Sequence record: NZ_LR134463.1
Length of the DNA: 64,000 nucleotides
From: a plasmid
Direction: 5' to 3' (one strand)
In this document: piece after piece, positions 51,119 through 62,020 of the stretch
How the letters are laid out: every line of letters starts with the position of its first letter
How positions within the stretch are numbered: position 1 is the first letter of the stretch
The notes under the pieces: generated by a model
What the model was told of the DNA's origin: nothing
Seen by the model: the letters and a program-made list of their open reading frames with translations, nothing else
The model's database searches: none
Program-made: the position numbers and the translations under genes

Positions 51119-52627
51119 TCAGCCGCCGATCAACGCGGTGATCGGTCCTCGGACGAAGTAGAGGATGAATCCGATCGAGACCGCCCACAGTAGCCAGTGC
51201 GCCTTCTGTCCGCGACCGCTGAGGACGCTCAGGAGCGCCCAGGTGATGAAGCCCACGCCGATGCCGTTGGCGATCGAGTAGGTCAGCGGCATGGTGACGA
51301 TCGTGAGGAAGGCGGGGAGGGCCACCGAGAAATGGGTGAAGTCGATCTCGCGGATCTGCGCCACCATCATCGATCCGACGACCACCAGGGCGGCCGCGCC
51401 GACCTCCATCGGGATCACGCCGATGAGGGGAGCGAAGAACATCGAGCCCAGGAACAGCACGCCGGTCACGCAGGCTGCGAGACCCGTGCGCGCACCCTCT
51501 GCGATCCCGGACGCCGAGTCGACGAAGACGGTGTTCGACGAGCCGGAGGTCGCGCCGCCGGCGACCGCGCCCATGCCCTCGATGACGAAGGCCGAGCGGA
51601 TGCGCGGGAACGTCCCGTCGGGCTGGCCGACGCCCGCCTGGCGCGCCAGGCCCGTCATGGAGCCCATCGCGTCGAAGAAGTTGGTGAACACCAGGGTGAA
51701 CACCAACATCGTGGCCGCTAGTGCGCCGACCCGCTCGAAGGCTCCGAACAGGTCGAATTGGCCGATCAGGCTGAAGTCGGGGAGCGCGACGATCTGACCG
51801 GGCAGCTCAGGGGCGCTGAGGTTCCAGCCCTTGGGGTCCGGGTGGCTCGGGTCGCCGACGGTGCCGAGCTTGGCGAAGTGCTGGATGACGATCGCGGCGA
51901 TCGTCGCGACGATCATGCCGATGAGGATGGCGCCGGGGACGCGGCGCGAGACCAGGACGGCGATGAGCAGCAGGGCGAAGATGAAGACGGCGGTCGGGAT
52001 CGCGTCGATCGACCCGTCGTGGCCGAGCTGGACCGGCGGGCCGGCCGGGGTGCGCGTCACGAAGCCGGAGTTCACGAAGCCGATGAAGGCGATGAACAGG
52101 CCGATGCCGACCGTGATCGCGGTCTTCAGCTCGGCCGGGACCGCGCGGAAGATCGCCGTCCGGATGCCGGTGGCCCCCAGGAGCACGATGATCACGCCGT
52201 TGATGATGACCAGGCCCATGGCCTCCGGCCACGTGACGTCCTTGACCACCGCGACCGCGAGGAAGGAGTTCATGCCGAGGCCCGCGGCGAGCGCGAACGG
52301 AAGTCGCGCGACCACGCCGAACAGGATCGTGATGACGCCCGCCGTCAGGCCGGTGACCGCCGTGACCTGCACGAATCCGAGGGTGCCCTGCGCCGCGTCG
52401 GAGGAGCTGCTCAGGATGAGCGGGTTGAGCACGACGATGTAGGCCATCGCGACGAACGTGACGAGCCCGCCCCGGATCTCGCGGGGGATCGTCGAGCCGC
52501 GGCGGGTGATCTCGAAGAAGCGGTCCAGGAACGGCGCGCCGGCGCGTGCCGGGCCGTCGGTGCGTTCGGTGGGCGCCGGGGGTTCGACGTGTTCGTCGGC
52601 CCCGTTCTGCTCTTGCTGGCTGGTCAT
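51119..52627 (-). CDS. NCS2-family nucleobase permease (AzgA/PbuG-like guanine/hypoxanthine or xanthine transporter)
   Basis: The product is ~500 aa with multiple TM helices and an AzgA-like pattern (GGLVTFVAMAYIVVLNP, NFFDAMGSMTGLARQAG, AFVIEGMGAVAGG). I chose the ATG at 52627 (MTSQQEQ). Confidence 0.85.
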   Translation of the reverse strand: MTSQQEQNGADEHVEPPAPTERTDGPARAGAPFLDRFFEITRRGSTIPREIRGGLVTFVAMAYIVVLNPLILSSSSDAAQGTLGFVQVTAVTGLTAGVITILFGVVARLPFALAAGLGMNSFLAVAVVKDVTWPEAMGLVIINGVIIVLLGATGIRTAIFRAVPAELKTAITVGIGLFIAFIGFVNSGFVTRTPAGPPVQLGHDGSIDAIPTAVFIFALLLIAVLVSRRVPGAILIGMIVATIAAIVIQHFAKLGTVGDPSHPDPKGWNLSAPELPGQIVALPDFSLIGQFDLFGAFERVGALAATMLVFTLVFTNFFDAMGSMTGLARQAGVGQPDGTFPRIRSAFVIEGMGAVAGGATSGSSNTVFVDSASGIAEGARTGLAACVTGVLFLGSMFFAPLIGVIPMEVGAAALVVVGSMMVAQIREIDFTHFSVALPAFLTIVTMPLTYSIANGIGVGFITWALLSVLSGRGQKAHWLLWAVSIGFILYFVRGPITALIGG

Positions 52628-52752
52628 GGTGGTCCTCTCGGTCCGGAACGCCGGGCTGGGCCCGTCGCGTTCAGGCGCTCCGGGGAGCGACGGCGAAGTG
52701 GGGCTGATCGAAGGCGACGCGTGGTGGCGATCGCGTGGGGCTCCGCAGATTT

Positions 52753-52782
52753 GCGTTCCGCCCATCGGAAATGTGATTCCGA
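52753..52782. promoter_or_regulatory. TTCCG-cccat-CGGAA-atgtga-TTCCG: a third copy of the TTCCG-N5-CGGAA palindrome in the permease/IclR divergent region
   Basis: It matches the core and spacing of the two sites in the allB/NCS1 divergent promoter. It lies 126 bp upstream of the NCS2 permease start, in the 460-bp region shared with the IclR gene. Confidence 0.5.
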
Positions 52783-53086
52783 TCACGTCGAGTGAAGCAT
52801 GCGCTCCCAGGCCTGTCAAGCACATGTTCTGCATGGTTCTCCGCGACTTCCGCCGCGCGACAACACTTGCCGGTCCGGCCTTATGTGTTGACCGGTCGCC
52901 GGTCGAGGCGAGTGCTTCAGACGGTGTTCCGTATCGTGGCGGATGACTTTCGGTCAGCAGTCGTCCGTCGCGCCATGTGGTCGGCGGCGGATCGACATCG
53001 ATACCGCAATACGGAACGCAGGATGGAATTGTGCGCGTACCGTCGTGATTGGAACAGCAAACGACCAGACGTCCGGGGAGGCGATC

Positions 53087-53851
53087 ATGGCGGGGAAGTC
53101 CACCTCAGGTGTGCAGTCGGTGGAGCGTGCGTTCGAACTGCTCGAGCTCATGGGGCGCGCCGGCGGCGAGTGCTCGCTCAGTGAGCTGTCGGCGGGCACG
53201 CCGCTGCCCCCGCCGACGATCCACCGGTTGCTGCGCACGCTCGTGGGCATCGGCTACGTGCGGCAACTGCCCAACCGGCGCTACGCGCTCGGGCCCCGGC
53301 TGATCCGGCTCGGGGAGGTCGCCAACCGCCAGCTCGGCGCCGTCGCCGTGCCCGTGCTGCAGGCTCTCGTCGACGAACTCGAGGAGACGGCGAGCCTCGC
53401 GGTCCTCGACGGCGACATGGTGATCTACACCGGCCAGGTGCCCTCGCAGCACAGCATGCGCACGAACAACGAGGCCGGCCGACGGGTGAACCTGCACAAC
53501 AGCGGCGTCGGCAAGGCGGTCCTCGCGGAACTCGACGACGCCCGCATCGTCAAGCTCGTCGGGCAGGCCGGGATCCCGGCACCCACGCCCAATAGTGTGA
53601 GCACCCTGTCCGGGGTCTTCGCCGAGGTGGAGAAGGTCCGCGCCCGCGGCTACTCGATCGACGACGAGGAGCAGGAGGTGGGCGTGCGCTGCTACGCGAT
53701 GGCGGTACCGGGCGCCCCGACCCCGATGGCGGTCGGCATCTCCGGCCCCGTCTCCCGCCTGAGCGACGACTTCGTCGACCGCGCGATCCCCGCCCTCGAG
53801 CGCGCCACCGGCATCATCTCCGACGCCCTGATCGGCGCCCGCGAGATCTGA
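53087..53851 (+). CDS. IclR-family transcriptional regulator (candidate regulator of the purine/allantoin island)
   Basis: It has an N-terminal wHTH (GVQSVERAFELLELM..LSELSAGTPLPPPTIHRLLRTLV) and a C-terminal IclR effector domain (GVGKAVLAEL, YSIDDEEQEVGVRCYAMAV). Confidence 0.85.
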   Translation: MAGKSTSGVQSVERAFELLELMGRAGGECSLSELSAGTPLPPPTIHRLLRTLVGIGYVRQLPNRRYALGPRLIRLGEVANRQLGAVAVPVLQALVDELEETASLAVLDGDMVIYTGQVPSQHSMRTNNEAGRRVNLHNSGVGKAVLAELDDARIVKLVGQAGIPAPTPNSVSTLSGVFAEVEKVRARGYSIDDEEQEVGVRCYAMAVPGAPTPMAVGISGPVSRLSDDFVDRAIPALERATGIISDALIGAREI

Positions 53852-53854
53852 GCT

Positions 53855-54220
53855 TCAGTCCGACCAGACGACCACCGCGAGTCGCCGCCGCGCGGCCTCC
53901 ACGTAGAAGTCGCGGAGCGCGTGGAAGTGATCGGCGATGTATCCGCGCGGGTCGCTCGGTGCCTCGAACCCGAGATCCCGCTCGGCCTGCGCGGGGTCAG
54001 CCGAGATCGCGCGTACGGAGTGATCGATGTCGATCGACAAGAGCTGCCTCGCGACGACGGGAAGATCGTCGGGTCCGATCGCCCGCGGCGCCCAGTCCAG
54101 GCCGAGGTAGTCCTCGTCGGGGCCGTCGAATGAACACAGCCGATCGAGCACGTCGACCGAGCGGGAGCACGTCGCGAGGTGTTCGCCTGTCACGCGCGCC
54201 AGCTGCTGTGTCACAGCCAT
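53855..54220 (-). CDS. Hypothetical small protein (~121 aa)
   Basis: It is an intact ORF (MAVTQQLARVTGEHL..) and no family was assigned. The longer track ORF adds a low-complexity N-terminus. Confidence 0.3.
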   Translation of the reverse strand: MAVTQQLARVTGEHLATCSRSVDVLDRLCSFDGPDEDYLGLDWAPRAIGPDDLPVVARQLLSIDIDHSVRAISADPAQAERDLGFEAPSDPRGYIADHFHALRDFYVEAARRRLAVVVWSD

Positions 54221-54341
54221 GGTGCAGTCCCTCCGTCTGATGGTCGTCGAATGATCACTGTCGACGCACGGTAATGCGTGTCCGCACCGTGCGGTACCGG
54301 ATTTCGGTCGGGGTGATTCGAGGCGGAATTGTCGGCCGCCG

Positions 54342-55301
54342 GTGGCGGTTGGAACGGTCATGGCGAAAGCAGTAGTGGCACAGGCGTTCGGAGGGCCCGA
54401 GGTCCTCGCGGTGGTCGAGCGGGAGCTGCCGGCCCCCGGGCCCGGTGAGGTCGTGGTCGAATTCAAGGCGATCGGGGTCAACCCCATCGATTACAAGCTC
54501 TACAGCGGAGCGTTCGGCGACGATCCGTCGACGCTGCCGCAGACCGTCGGCAGCGAGGGTGCGGGGGTGGTGACCGCGGTCGGTCCCGACGCCGTCGGAC
54601 CGAGGGGCCCGATCGCCGTCGGCGACGAGGTCGTCGTCTACCGGGGTGACGGTGTTTACGCCTCCTCGGCGATCCAGTCGGCGCAGGCGGTGCTCCCGAA
54701 GCCGGAGAGCCTGGGCTGGGAGGACGCCGCCGGGCTGCTGCTCACGGGCGCGACGGCGTGGGACGCCGTGGAGCGCATCGGAGTCGCCGCCGGCGACACC
54801 GTGCTCATCCACGGCGCAGCCGGCGGGGTCGGGCTGCTGGCGGTGCAGCTCGCGCGGCTCCGCGGCGCCACCGTGATCGGCACTGCACGGACCGCGAACC
54901 ACGAGTACCTGCGCGGGATCGGCGCGATCCCCGTCGCGTACGACGACGGGCTCGCCGAGCGGGTCCGCGCCGTCGCGCCGGACGGGGTGACCGCCGCCAT
55001 CGACACCGTGGGCACCGACGAGGCCGCCGACGTCTCGCTCGAGCTGGTGGCGGATCGGCAGAGGATCGTGACGATCGCGGGATTCGGTCGCGCCGCCCAG
55101 GACGGATTCCTCGCGATCGGTGGGCCCGACCCTGACAGCGCCCGCATCCGCGACGAGGCCCGCGGCCCGTTGCTGGATCTCGCGGGTGAGGGGAAGCTGG
55201 TGAATGCGGTCGCGAAGACGTTCCCGCTCGCCGACGCTGCGCGCGCTCACACCGAACTGAAGGCCGCCCATCCGATCGGGAAGTTCATCCTGATCCCTTA
55301 G
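54342..55301 (+). CDS. NADPH:quinone oxidoreductase / zinc-binding MDR-family dehydrogenase
   Basis: It has an MDR fold (GVNPIDYK, GAAGGVGLLAVQLARLRGATVIGTA) and lacks the catalytic Zn cysteines, which makes it Qor-like. Confidence 0.8.
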   Translation: MAVGTVMAKAVVAQAFGGPEVLAVVERELPAPGPGEVVVEFKAIGVNPIDYKLYSGAFGDDPSTLPQTVGSEGAGVVTAVGPDAVGPRGPIAVGDEVVVYRGDGVYASSAIQSAQAVLPKPESLGWEDAAGLLLTGATAWDAVERIGVAAGDTVLIHGAAGGVGLLAVQLARLRGATVIGTARTANHEYLRGIGAIPVAYDDGLAERVRAVAPDGVTAAIDTVGTDEAADVSLELVADRQRIVTIAGFGRAAQDGFLAIGGPDPDSARIRDEARGPLLDLAGEGKLVNAVAKTFPLADAARAHTELKAAHPIGKFILIP

Positions 55302-55343
55302 AGCTGTTCGCGGAATCGCCGACGTTTGGACGGCAATGAGCGC

Positions 55344-56519
55344 TCAGCGGGCTTCTCCGAGAATGAGATACGCCGCTGCAGTGATCTGGTGAGCCTGGTC
55401 GGTTTGCGGAGCCTCCACTGCGGAGACGTAGCGGCCGCGAGATACGAAGCAGGTCGTCATCAGGATCGCTGATGCGGTTTCGCCCAGGCGGTACACATGA
55501 CAGACCGACCCGGGTACCTGATCTACCGAGAATCGCTTCCGGATCAGGGCACCATTCAGTCGAACCTGGCCGGCGAGGAAGTCTCTGAGCGCGTCGGCGT
55601 CGGATGTCGTTCGCGCTCGGTAGACGGTGTTGATTCCCATCCCGACGAGGTCGACGCCGGTTCGGTCGAACGTGCTGCTCGCGGCGACGGTGTCGGGTTC
55701 GTCGAGGGCCTGGATGCGGGCGCTGCGATATCCGTACTCGGCGTAGAAGCCGTATTCGCTCGGAGTCTGATTCTGGACCGTGTACGACACGATCTGATCG
55801 CGGTCCGCGGTCAACATCGTCGCGAGTTCACCTTCAGGTGCGTGGTACCCGCCTAGACGGTCCACCTGCAGGTCGATGGCCTTGCCCACGAGCTCCTGGG
55901 CCCGCCCGGTCGTGCGCGCAAAGGCGGTGATGTACGCGACGGTCGAACCTACAGATGAGATCGCCACCAGCGACCGACTCCCCGCTCCCGGGATTGTCGT
56001 ATCGGTGATCGGAACCCGGCGGTCCGCCGAGTCGCCGACTCGGACGCCGCTGTCGGCGGTCCTCAGGTCGTCGGCGAGAGACTTCGCATGATCCGGTGTA
56101 TCGGTCTGGAAGAGTTGCGTCGACATCATTTCGCTGTAGTCGCCGGTCTGGCGAACCGACTTGTAGCCGTACCGGTATCCGTTCCGGCGGAGGATCGGCG
56201 CGCTGTTCGAGATGGGGGCCGCGTTGTCGGCGGACATGAGCGGCCCGAGGTATCCAGCAGACCGGGTGAGGCTCGGATCCACGTCGGGGGCTGACAGAAT
56301 CCTCTCACCTAGATAGTTCGCGGCGAGTACGAGGCGTTGCGCGTCATTCGGTGGCAGCACGGGACGCGGTGCGGTGTTGTACGAACCGGGGTTGATGGAT
56401 GTGCCTGCGGTCGACGCCGAGGGGTTCCCAGGGATTGCTGCGGAGCACGCGGTCACCAGCATCAGGAGCATTGCCACGGTCCCCAGTCGCCACGCCCGCG
56501 TTGCTTCTCGTTGGTGCAC
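55344..56519 (-). CDS. Hypothetical secreted lipoprotein (391 aa)
   Basis: It has a signal peptide with a lipobox (LLMLVTACSA) and a mature domain that is Ser/Thr/Asp-rich. No family was assigned. Confidence 0.45.
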   Translation of the reverse strand: MHQREATRAWRLGTVAMLLMLVTACSAAIPGNPSASTAGTSINPGSYNTAPRPVLPPNDAQRLVLAANYLGERILSAPDVDPSLTRSAGYLGPLMSADNAAPISNSAPILRRNGYRYGYKSVRQTGDYSEMMSTQLFQTDTPDHAKSLADDLRTADSGVRVGDSADRRVPITDTTIPGAGSRSLVAISSVGSTVAYITAFARTTGRAQELVGKAIDLQVDRLGGYHAPEGELATMLTADRDQIVSYTVQNQTPSEYGFYAEYGYRSARIQALDEPDTVAASSTFDRTGVDLVGMGINTVYRARTTSDADALRDFLAGQVRLNGALIRKRFSVDQVPGSVCHVYRLGETASAILMTTCFVSRGRYVSAVEAPQTDQAHQITAAAYLILGEAR

Positions 56520-56549
56520 CGTCTGATCGTGGCACGGTGTGCTTACCCA

Positions 56550-57751
56550 TCACTTGCTCTTCGGTTGGAGCCATTCAGGCAATGAGGCCGTGAGGAGAAG
56601 TGTCGCCCACTGAACCTCATCGTGGCCGCCGGAGTAGACGGTGTGCTCGACGTCGTGACCCGCGGCGCGCGCCGAGGCGGCCAGATCGCGCACGCCCGGC
56701 GTGAGTTCCTCCTCGAAAGCCCCGGAGGCAAGGCGGATCGAGAACCCGCCGGGCGGGCACCCGCGGACCACATCGTGGATCCAGCCATGCCGTTCCGTGA
56801 CGTCGGAGGGCAGCCCGGTGAGGCCGGGCCGCCACCACACGGAGGGGGAGTAGGCGAGAACCTCGTCGACGAGATCGGGGTTCCGCGCCGCGAACGCGAG
56901 TGCCGCGAGGCCGCCCAGGCTCTGACCGGCGATGGTCACCCGGCCAAGGGGGCCCGTCACCATCCGAGCGGCAGGGAGCGCATCCTCGGTGATCGCCGGG
57001 AACAGGGCATCGTGGGCACCGAGAAACCGGAGGCGCTCACTGGGATCGGCGGGCGAGTCGATGCCGAGCACGGCGCACCGTCGGCCCGCGGCGGCGAGGA
57101 CGTCGGGCAGGCGGAACCGGTCGAGCCACACGTCGGCGTCGAAGGCGATGACCAGGTCCATCGCGCCCGCGCCGGACGGCACGGACAGCCGGTACCGGAG
57201 GGGCGCAGGTGCCAGATCGACGGTGCGGTCGAGCGCCGTCGACGTCGTGGCCGGCGATGCGGTCCAGACGTCGATCCGGGGTGCGTCGGGTCCGGCGAGG
57301 ACCGATCCGAAGGGCGAGTTCGCCAGCGCGGCAGCGTTGTGCGGGTCGATCCGTGCGCGGCGGAGCAGTTCGCGCGGGGCGGGATCTCCTCGGTCCCTGC
57401 ATCGCCCGCGGCGTGCAACGGGAGCATGCGGTAGGTGGCCAGCACGTCGCGCGGTACGGCGAGCTCGACGAACCACAGGTCGCTCGCGGCCCGGCGCCGC
57501 ATCATTCCGCGGGCCACGTGCCGCTTGTCGGTGAGGCGGTTCACCCAGAGGTATGCGCCCCCGGCGGGGTCCCCGGGAGCGGGGCGCCACGTGAAGAGCG
57601 CCCGTACCCGCGTCGGGTCGTCGGGGTCGTCGGTGAGGAGCGGTCTGCCGAGAGACTGCAGCGTGGCCACGGTCGCCACGGCGAGTGGCTCGACCTCGTG
57701 GACGATGCAGTGCCGCAACGCATCCGGCGACGGCGCCGGGTGGACCGTCAT
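56550..57751 (-). pseudogene. Fes/IroE-like siderophore (enterochelin) esterase, split by a +1/-1 frameshift near 57385-57400
   Basis: The N-terminal esterase beta-sandwich domain (ALFTWRPAPGD..AYLWVNRL..DLWFVELAVPRD) is in one frame (57751 to ~57400). The alpha/beta-hydrolase domain with GxSxG (VTIAGQSLGGLAAL) and the catalytic His region (YSGGHD) is in the adjacent frame (~57390 to 56550). The switch occurs at a GGGGCGGG run. Confidence 0.55.
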
Positions 57752-58285
57752 GTCGTCGGCTCCAGCCCCGTGACCGGCGCCGCGTCCTCGGGCTCGGCTC
57801 GGGTGCCCCGGCGGACGCAGTAGGCGGCGAGGAAGGCTCCGGCCGCGGTGATGGAGCAGAGGACGGTGGCGGCGACGTCGTTCTTGTGCTCCACCTTGCG
57901 AACGCTCCTGGTGCGTGCGTAGTCGTACGGGGACGGCGCGGCCGAGATCCCGCGTTGTAGTGCGGCACGGTGGGCATCGAATTCCGAGACGGGCGCCGCG
58001 GCGGCCGGCGCGTAGAGGTCGAACGTCGAGTTCCCCTTCGAGACGATCATCCAGCAGGTGTCGGCCGGCCCCATGGGGCGTCCCTCACAGCGCACCGCTC
58101 CGCCGGGCTCCCGCACGAGGTCCGTGCCAAGGGTGATCGCGCGCCAGGTGACGACGACGCCGATCACGATCAGCAGAACCGGCAGCACTTTCGCGGCGAG
58201 GCGGTCGTTCTCGGCCGCGAGCTCGGCGCGGTAGGCCTTCGCCTCCTCGCTGCCCTCGTCCGCCCGGTCGAACACCCCCACCAGC
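57748..58285 (-). CDS. Hypothetical membrane-anchored protein (~175 aa); start uncertain
   Basis: The 3' portion of a long ORF has one TM helix ([15 protein letters not shown]). The 5' part of the track ORF is antisense to hisH and was discarded. Confidence 0.3.
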
Positions 58286-58339
58286 CCAGCGTAATACTGC
58301 GATGCGGTGCCTTCTCCGGGCCGATTAGGCTGGACGGCA

Positions 58340-58968
58340 TGAAGACGGTGGCGATCCTCGACTACGGCTCCGGCAACATCCGGTCCGCGCATCGCGCGAT
58401 GGAGCGGGCCGGCGCCGAGGTCACGGTGACCTCGGACGCGAAGACCGCGCTCGCCGCCGACGGCCTCCTCGTCCCCGGCGTCGGCGCCTACGAGGCGTGC
58501 ATGGCCGGGCTCAAGGCGGTGCAGGGCGACCGCATCATCGGCGAGCGGCTCGCCGGCGGCCGACCCGTGATGGGCATCTGCGTGGGCATGCAGATCCTCT
58601 TCGAGAAGGGGATCGAGTTCGGCGTCGAGACCGAGGGCTGCGGCGAGTGGCCCGGCACCGTCGAACGGCTGCAGGCCGAGGTCGTTCCGCACATGGGCTG
58701 GAACACCGTCGAGGCCGCCGAGGGCTCGAAGCTCTTCGCCGGCACCGATGCCGACACCCGCTTCTACTTCGTGCACTCCTACGCCGCGCAGAAGTGGGAG
58801 CTCGACATCGCCGACCACATCCGCGCGCCGAAGGTCACCTGGGCCGATCACGGCGGCCGGTTCGTGGCCGCGGTCGAGAACGGACCGCTGTGGGCCACGC
58901 AGTTCCACCCCGAGAAGAGCGGCGACGCCGGCGCGGTGCTCCTGAAGAACTGGGTGGGCACGCTGTGA
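58340..58968 (+). CDS. hisH: Imidazole glycerol phosphate synthase, glutamine amidotransferase subunit
   Basis: It is a class-I GATase ([17 protein letters not shown] catalytic Cys, HSY..QFHPEKS). Confidence 0.95.
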
Positions 58969-59219
58969 GCGGCAAGCGCGGGCTCTCCCTGGGCCGCCTC
59001 GCCCTGTTCTCCCTCGGCGCGGCCGTCGCGGTGCTCGGCGTGGCGGTTCTCCTGCTCAACGTGCTGCGCCCGAGCCCGGCCGTCGGGCTGCTCATCGTCG
59101 CCGTGGGGCTCGTCGGCGCGGTCGCGGCGATGGGGATCGTCTCCAACCGGATCGTCGGGCGCGCCGTCGGGAACGCCGAGGACCGGGAGCCCGGAAAGTC
59201 GGATGACACGACGCACTAG
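58965..59219 (+). CDS. Possible small membrane protein (84 aa) between hisH and hisA
   Basis: Its GTG overlaps the hisH stop (GTGA), and the ORF ends 10 bp before hisA. It has two hydrophobic helices. It could instead be a GC-bias artefact. Confidence 0.3.
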   Translation: MSGKRGLSLGRLALFSLGAAVAVLGVAVLLLNVLRPSPAVGLLIVAVGLVGAVAAMGIVSNRIVGRAVGNAEDREPGKSDDTTH

Positions 59220-59228
59220 GCTGGTCGC

Positions 59229-59963
59229 GTGAGTCTGGTACTTCTTCCCGCAGTCGACGTCGCCGAGGGCCGGGCCGTGCGCCTCGTGCAGGGGGAGGCC
59301 GGCAGCGAGACGGCCTACGGGTCGCCGCGCGACGCCGCCCTCGCCTGGCAGAACGACGGGGCGGAGTGGGTCCACCTCGTCGACCTCGACGCGGCCTTCG
59401 GCAAGGGCAGCAACCGCGAGCTCCTCGCCGGTGTCATCGGCGAACTGGACGTCAAGGTCGAGCTGTCGGGCGGCATCCGCGACGACGACTCCCTGGCCGC
59501 GGCCCTCGCGACCGGCTGCGCCCGCGTGAACCTCGGCACCGCGGCCATCGAGAACCCGGACTGGTGCGCCAGCGCCATCGCCCGCCACGGCGACAAGATC
59601 GCGGTCGGCCTCGACGTCAAGCAGCTCGACGGCCAGTGGCGGCTGCGCGGCCGCGGCTGGGTCACCGACGGCGGCGACCTGTGGGAGGTCCTCGAGCGGC
59701 TCAACAACGACGGCTGCAGCCGCTACGTGGTCACCGACGTCTCCAAGGACGGCACCCTGACCGGCCCCAATCTCGACCTGCTCGCCGCCGTCGCGGCCGC
59801 CACCGACGCGCCCGTCGTCGCCTCCGGCGGCATTTCCGCGCTCGAGGACCTGACGGCGATCGCGACCCTCGTCGACCAGGGCGTGGATTCCGCGATCATC
59901 GGCAAGGCGCTCTACGCCGGACGGTTCACCCTCCCCGAGGCGCTCGACGCGGTGTCGCGCTAG
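59229..59963 (+). CDS. hisA: Phosphoribosyl isomerase (HisA/PriA, bifunctional in actinobacteria)
   Basis: It is a (beta/alpha)8 HisA ([31 protein letters not shown]). Confidence 0.9.
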   Translation: MSLVLLPAVDVAEGRAVRLVQGEAGSETAYGSPRDAALAWQNDGAEWVHLVDLDAAFGKGSNRELLAGVIGELDVKVELSGGIRDDDSLAAALATGCARVNLGTAAIENPDWCASAIARHGDKIAVGLDVKQLDGQWRLRGRGWVTDGGDLWEVLERLNNDGCSRYVVTDVSKDGTLTGPNLDLLAAVAAATDAPVVASGGISALEDLTAIATLVDQGVDSAIIGKALYAGRFTLPEALDAVSR

Positions 59964-60826
59964 TGACCGCCCTGCCCGACGGCTTCACGGCCGACCCCGA
60001 CCGGCTCCTCGCCCTCGCCGGCGAGGCGCTCGACGCCGTCGCGCCCCGCTTCATCGAGGGCGTCGGCGCGCCCGCGTCCGTCGCGAAGGGCCCGGCCGAC
60101 TTCGCCACCGACCTCGACCTCGAACTGGAGCGGCGCATCACGGCCGCCGTCGCCGAGGCCACGGGAGTCCCGGTACACGGCGAGGAGTACGGCGGCCCGG
60201 CGGTCGACGAGGGCACCGTCTGGGTCCTCGACCCCATCGACGGCACCTTCAACTACTCCGCCGGGTACCCGGCCACCGGCACGCTCCTCGGCCTGCTGCA
60301 CGACGGCAAGCCCGTGGCCGGGCTGGCCTGGTTCCCGCTCGTCGGAGACGCCTTCGCCGGCCACGTCGCCGGTCCCGTCCGCAACCGCGGCGAGGTGCTC
60401 CCGCGACTCGCGCAGGGCGGCCTCGACGACGCCATGATCGCCGTCGGCAGCTTCAGCCGCGGCAGCAACGGACACTTCCCCGGCGACTTCCGGTACGCCA
60501 TCCTCGGCGAGGTCTCGCGGCGCGTCGCCCGGGTGCGGCAGTTCGGGTCGACCGGCGTCGACCTCGCGTACACCGCGTCCGGCGCGCTGGGCGGTGCCGT
60601 CGTCTTCGGGCACCACGCCTGGGACAACGCCGCGGGAGCGGCGCTGGTCCTCGCCGCCGGTGGCCGGGTCACCGACCTCGCGGGCGAGGACTGGCACGTC
60701 GGTTCCGACTCGGTGCTGGCCGGCGCCCCCGGCGTCTACGACGAGCTGCTCGCGATCGTCCGGTCGGTGGGCGCACCGTCGGACTACCGCGGCGACCCCG
60801 GGCATTCCGGAACCCTGAGCTACTAG
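59964..60826 (+). CDS. impA: Inositol monophosphatase-family protein within the his operon (ImpA-like)
   Basis: IMPase motifs are present ([29 protein letters not shown]), and the position between hisA and hisF matches Mtb Rv1604. Confidence 0.85.
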
Positions 60827-60851
60827 ACACTTTCGAAGGAGGCCTCGACCG

Positions 60852-61628
60852 ATGACGGTGGCCGTGCGCGTGATCCCGTGCCTGGACGTCGACGACGGGC
60901 GCGTCGTCAAGGGCGTCAACTTCCAGAACCTGCGCGACGCGGGCGATCCCGTCGAACTCGCGGCCGCGTACGACGCGCAGGGCGCCGACGAGCTGACCTT
61001 CCTCGACGTGACCGCGTCGAGCTCCGGGCGCGGCACGATGCTCGACGTCGTGCGCCGCACCGCCGAGCAGGTGTTCATCCCGCTCACCGTCGGTGGCGGC
61101 GTCCGCTCGGTCGAGGACGTCGACACCCTGCTCCGCGCCGGTGCCGACAAGGTCTCCGTGAACACCGCGGCGATCGTCCGCCCGGAGTTGCTCCGCGAGC
61201 TGTCCAACCGGTTCGGCAGCCAGTGCATCGTGCTCTCCGTCGACGCCCGCTCCGTGCCGGACGGTGAGGAGCCGACACCGTCGGGCTGGGAGGTCACCAC
61301 GCACGGCGGCCGCAAGGGCACCGGGATCGACGCGATCGAATGGGCCCGCCGAGGTGAGGAACTGGGCGTGGGGGAGATCCTGCTCAACTCCATGGACGCC
61401 GACGGCACCAAGGCCGGCTTCGACCTGCGGATGATCACCGCCGCCCGCGCGGCCGTGCACATCCCCGTCATCGCCTCGGGCGGCGCCGGCGCGGTCGAGC
61501 ACTTCGCGCCGGCCGTCGAGGCGGGTGCCGACGCCGTGCTCGCCGCCAGCGTCTTCCACTTCGGGGACATGACCATCGGTCAGGTCAAGGACGAGATGGC
61601 CACGCACGGTCTGGTGGTGCGGCGATGA
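60852..61628 (+). CDS. hisF: Imidazole glycerol phosphate synthase cyclase subunit
   Basis: The HisF motifs are present (VIPCLDV, VGGGVRS, SVNTAA, ASGGAG). Confidence 0.95.
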   Translation: MTVAVRVIPCLDVDDGRVVKGVNFQNLRDAGDPVELAAAYDAQGADELTFLDVTASSSGRGTMLDVVRRTAEQVFIPLTVGGGVRSVEDVDTLLRAGADKVSVNTAAIVRPELLRELSNRFGSQCIVLSVDARSVPDGEEPTPSGWEVTTHGGRKGTGIDAIEWARRGEELGVGEILLNSMDADGTKAGFDLRMITAARAAVHIPVIASGGAGAVEHFAPAVEAGADAVLAASVFHFGDMTIGQVKDEMATHGLVVRR

Positions 61629-61972
61629 CCGGACTCGACGAGGCGATCGCCGATCGGCTCAAGCGCAACGCCGACGGCCTCGTCGCCGCCATCGCCCAGG
61701 AGGAGGGCACCGGCGACGTCCTCATGCTGGCCTGGATGAACGACGAGGCCCTCGCGCGCACGCTCGCCACCCGGAAGGGCACCTACTACTCGCGGTCGCG
61801 GCAGCAACTGTGGATCAAGGGCGAGACCTCCGGGCACGTGCAGGAGGTCGTCGACGTGCGGCTCGACTGCGACGGCGACACCGTCCTGCTCACCGTCCGC
61901 CAGACCGGACCCGCGTGCCACACCGGCACCCACACCTGCTTCGACGGGGACCTGCTGCTCGGCCGGGAGTGA
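61625..61972 (+). CDS. hisI: Phosphoribosyl-AMP cyclohydrolase
   Basis: It overlaps the hisF stop and has the HisI pattern ([33 protein letters not shown]). Confidence 0.9.
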   Translation: MTGLDEAIADRLKRNADGLVAAIAQEEGTGDVLMLAWMNDEALARTLATRKGTYYSRSRQQLWIKGETSGHVQEVVDVRLDCDGDTVLLTVRQTGPACHTGTHTCFDGDLLLGRE

Positions 61973-62020
61973 CCGTGCAGCGCTCCCAGCGCAGCGTGAC
62001 CGACCTTACCTAGATCTCAG

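Noticed and set aside
57748-58908. A 386-aa minus-strand ORF overlapping hisH.
   Set aside because: The 5' two-thirds are antisense to the well-supported hisH gene. Only the 3' ~175 codons, downstream of the hisH start, were kept as a low-confidence hypothetical.
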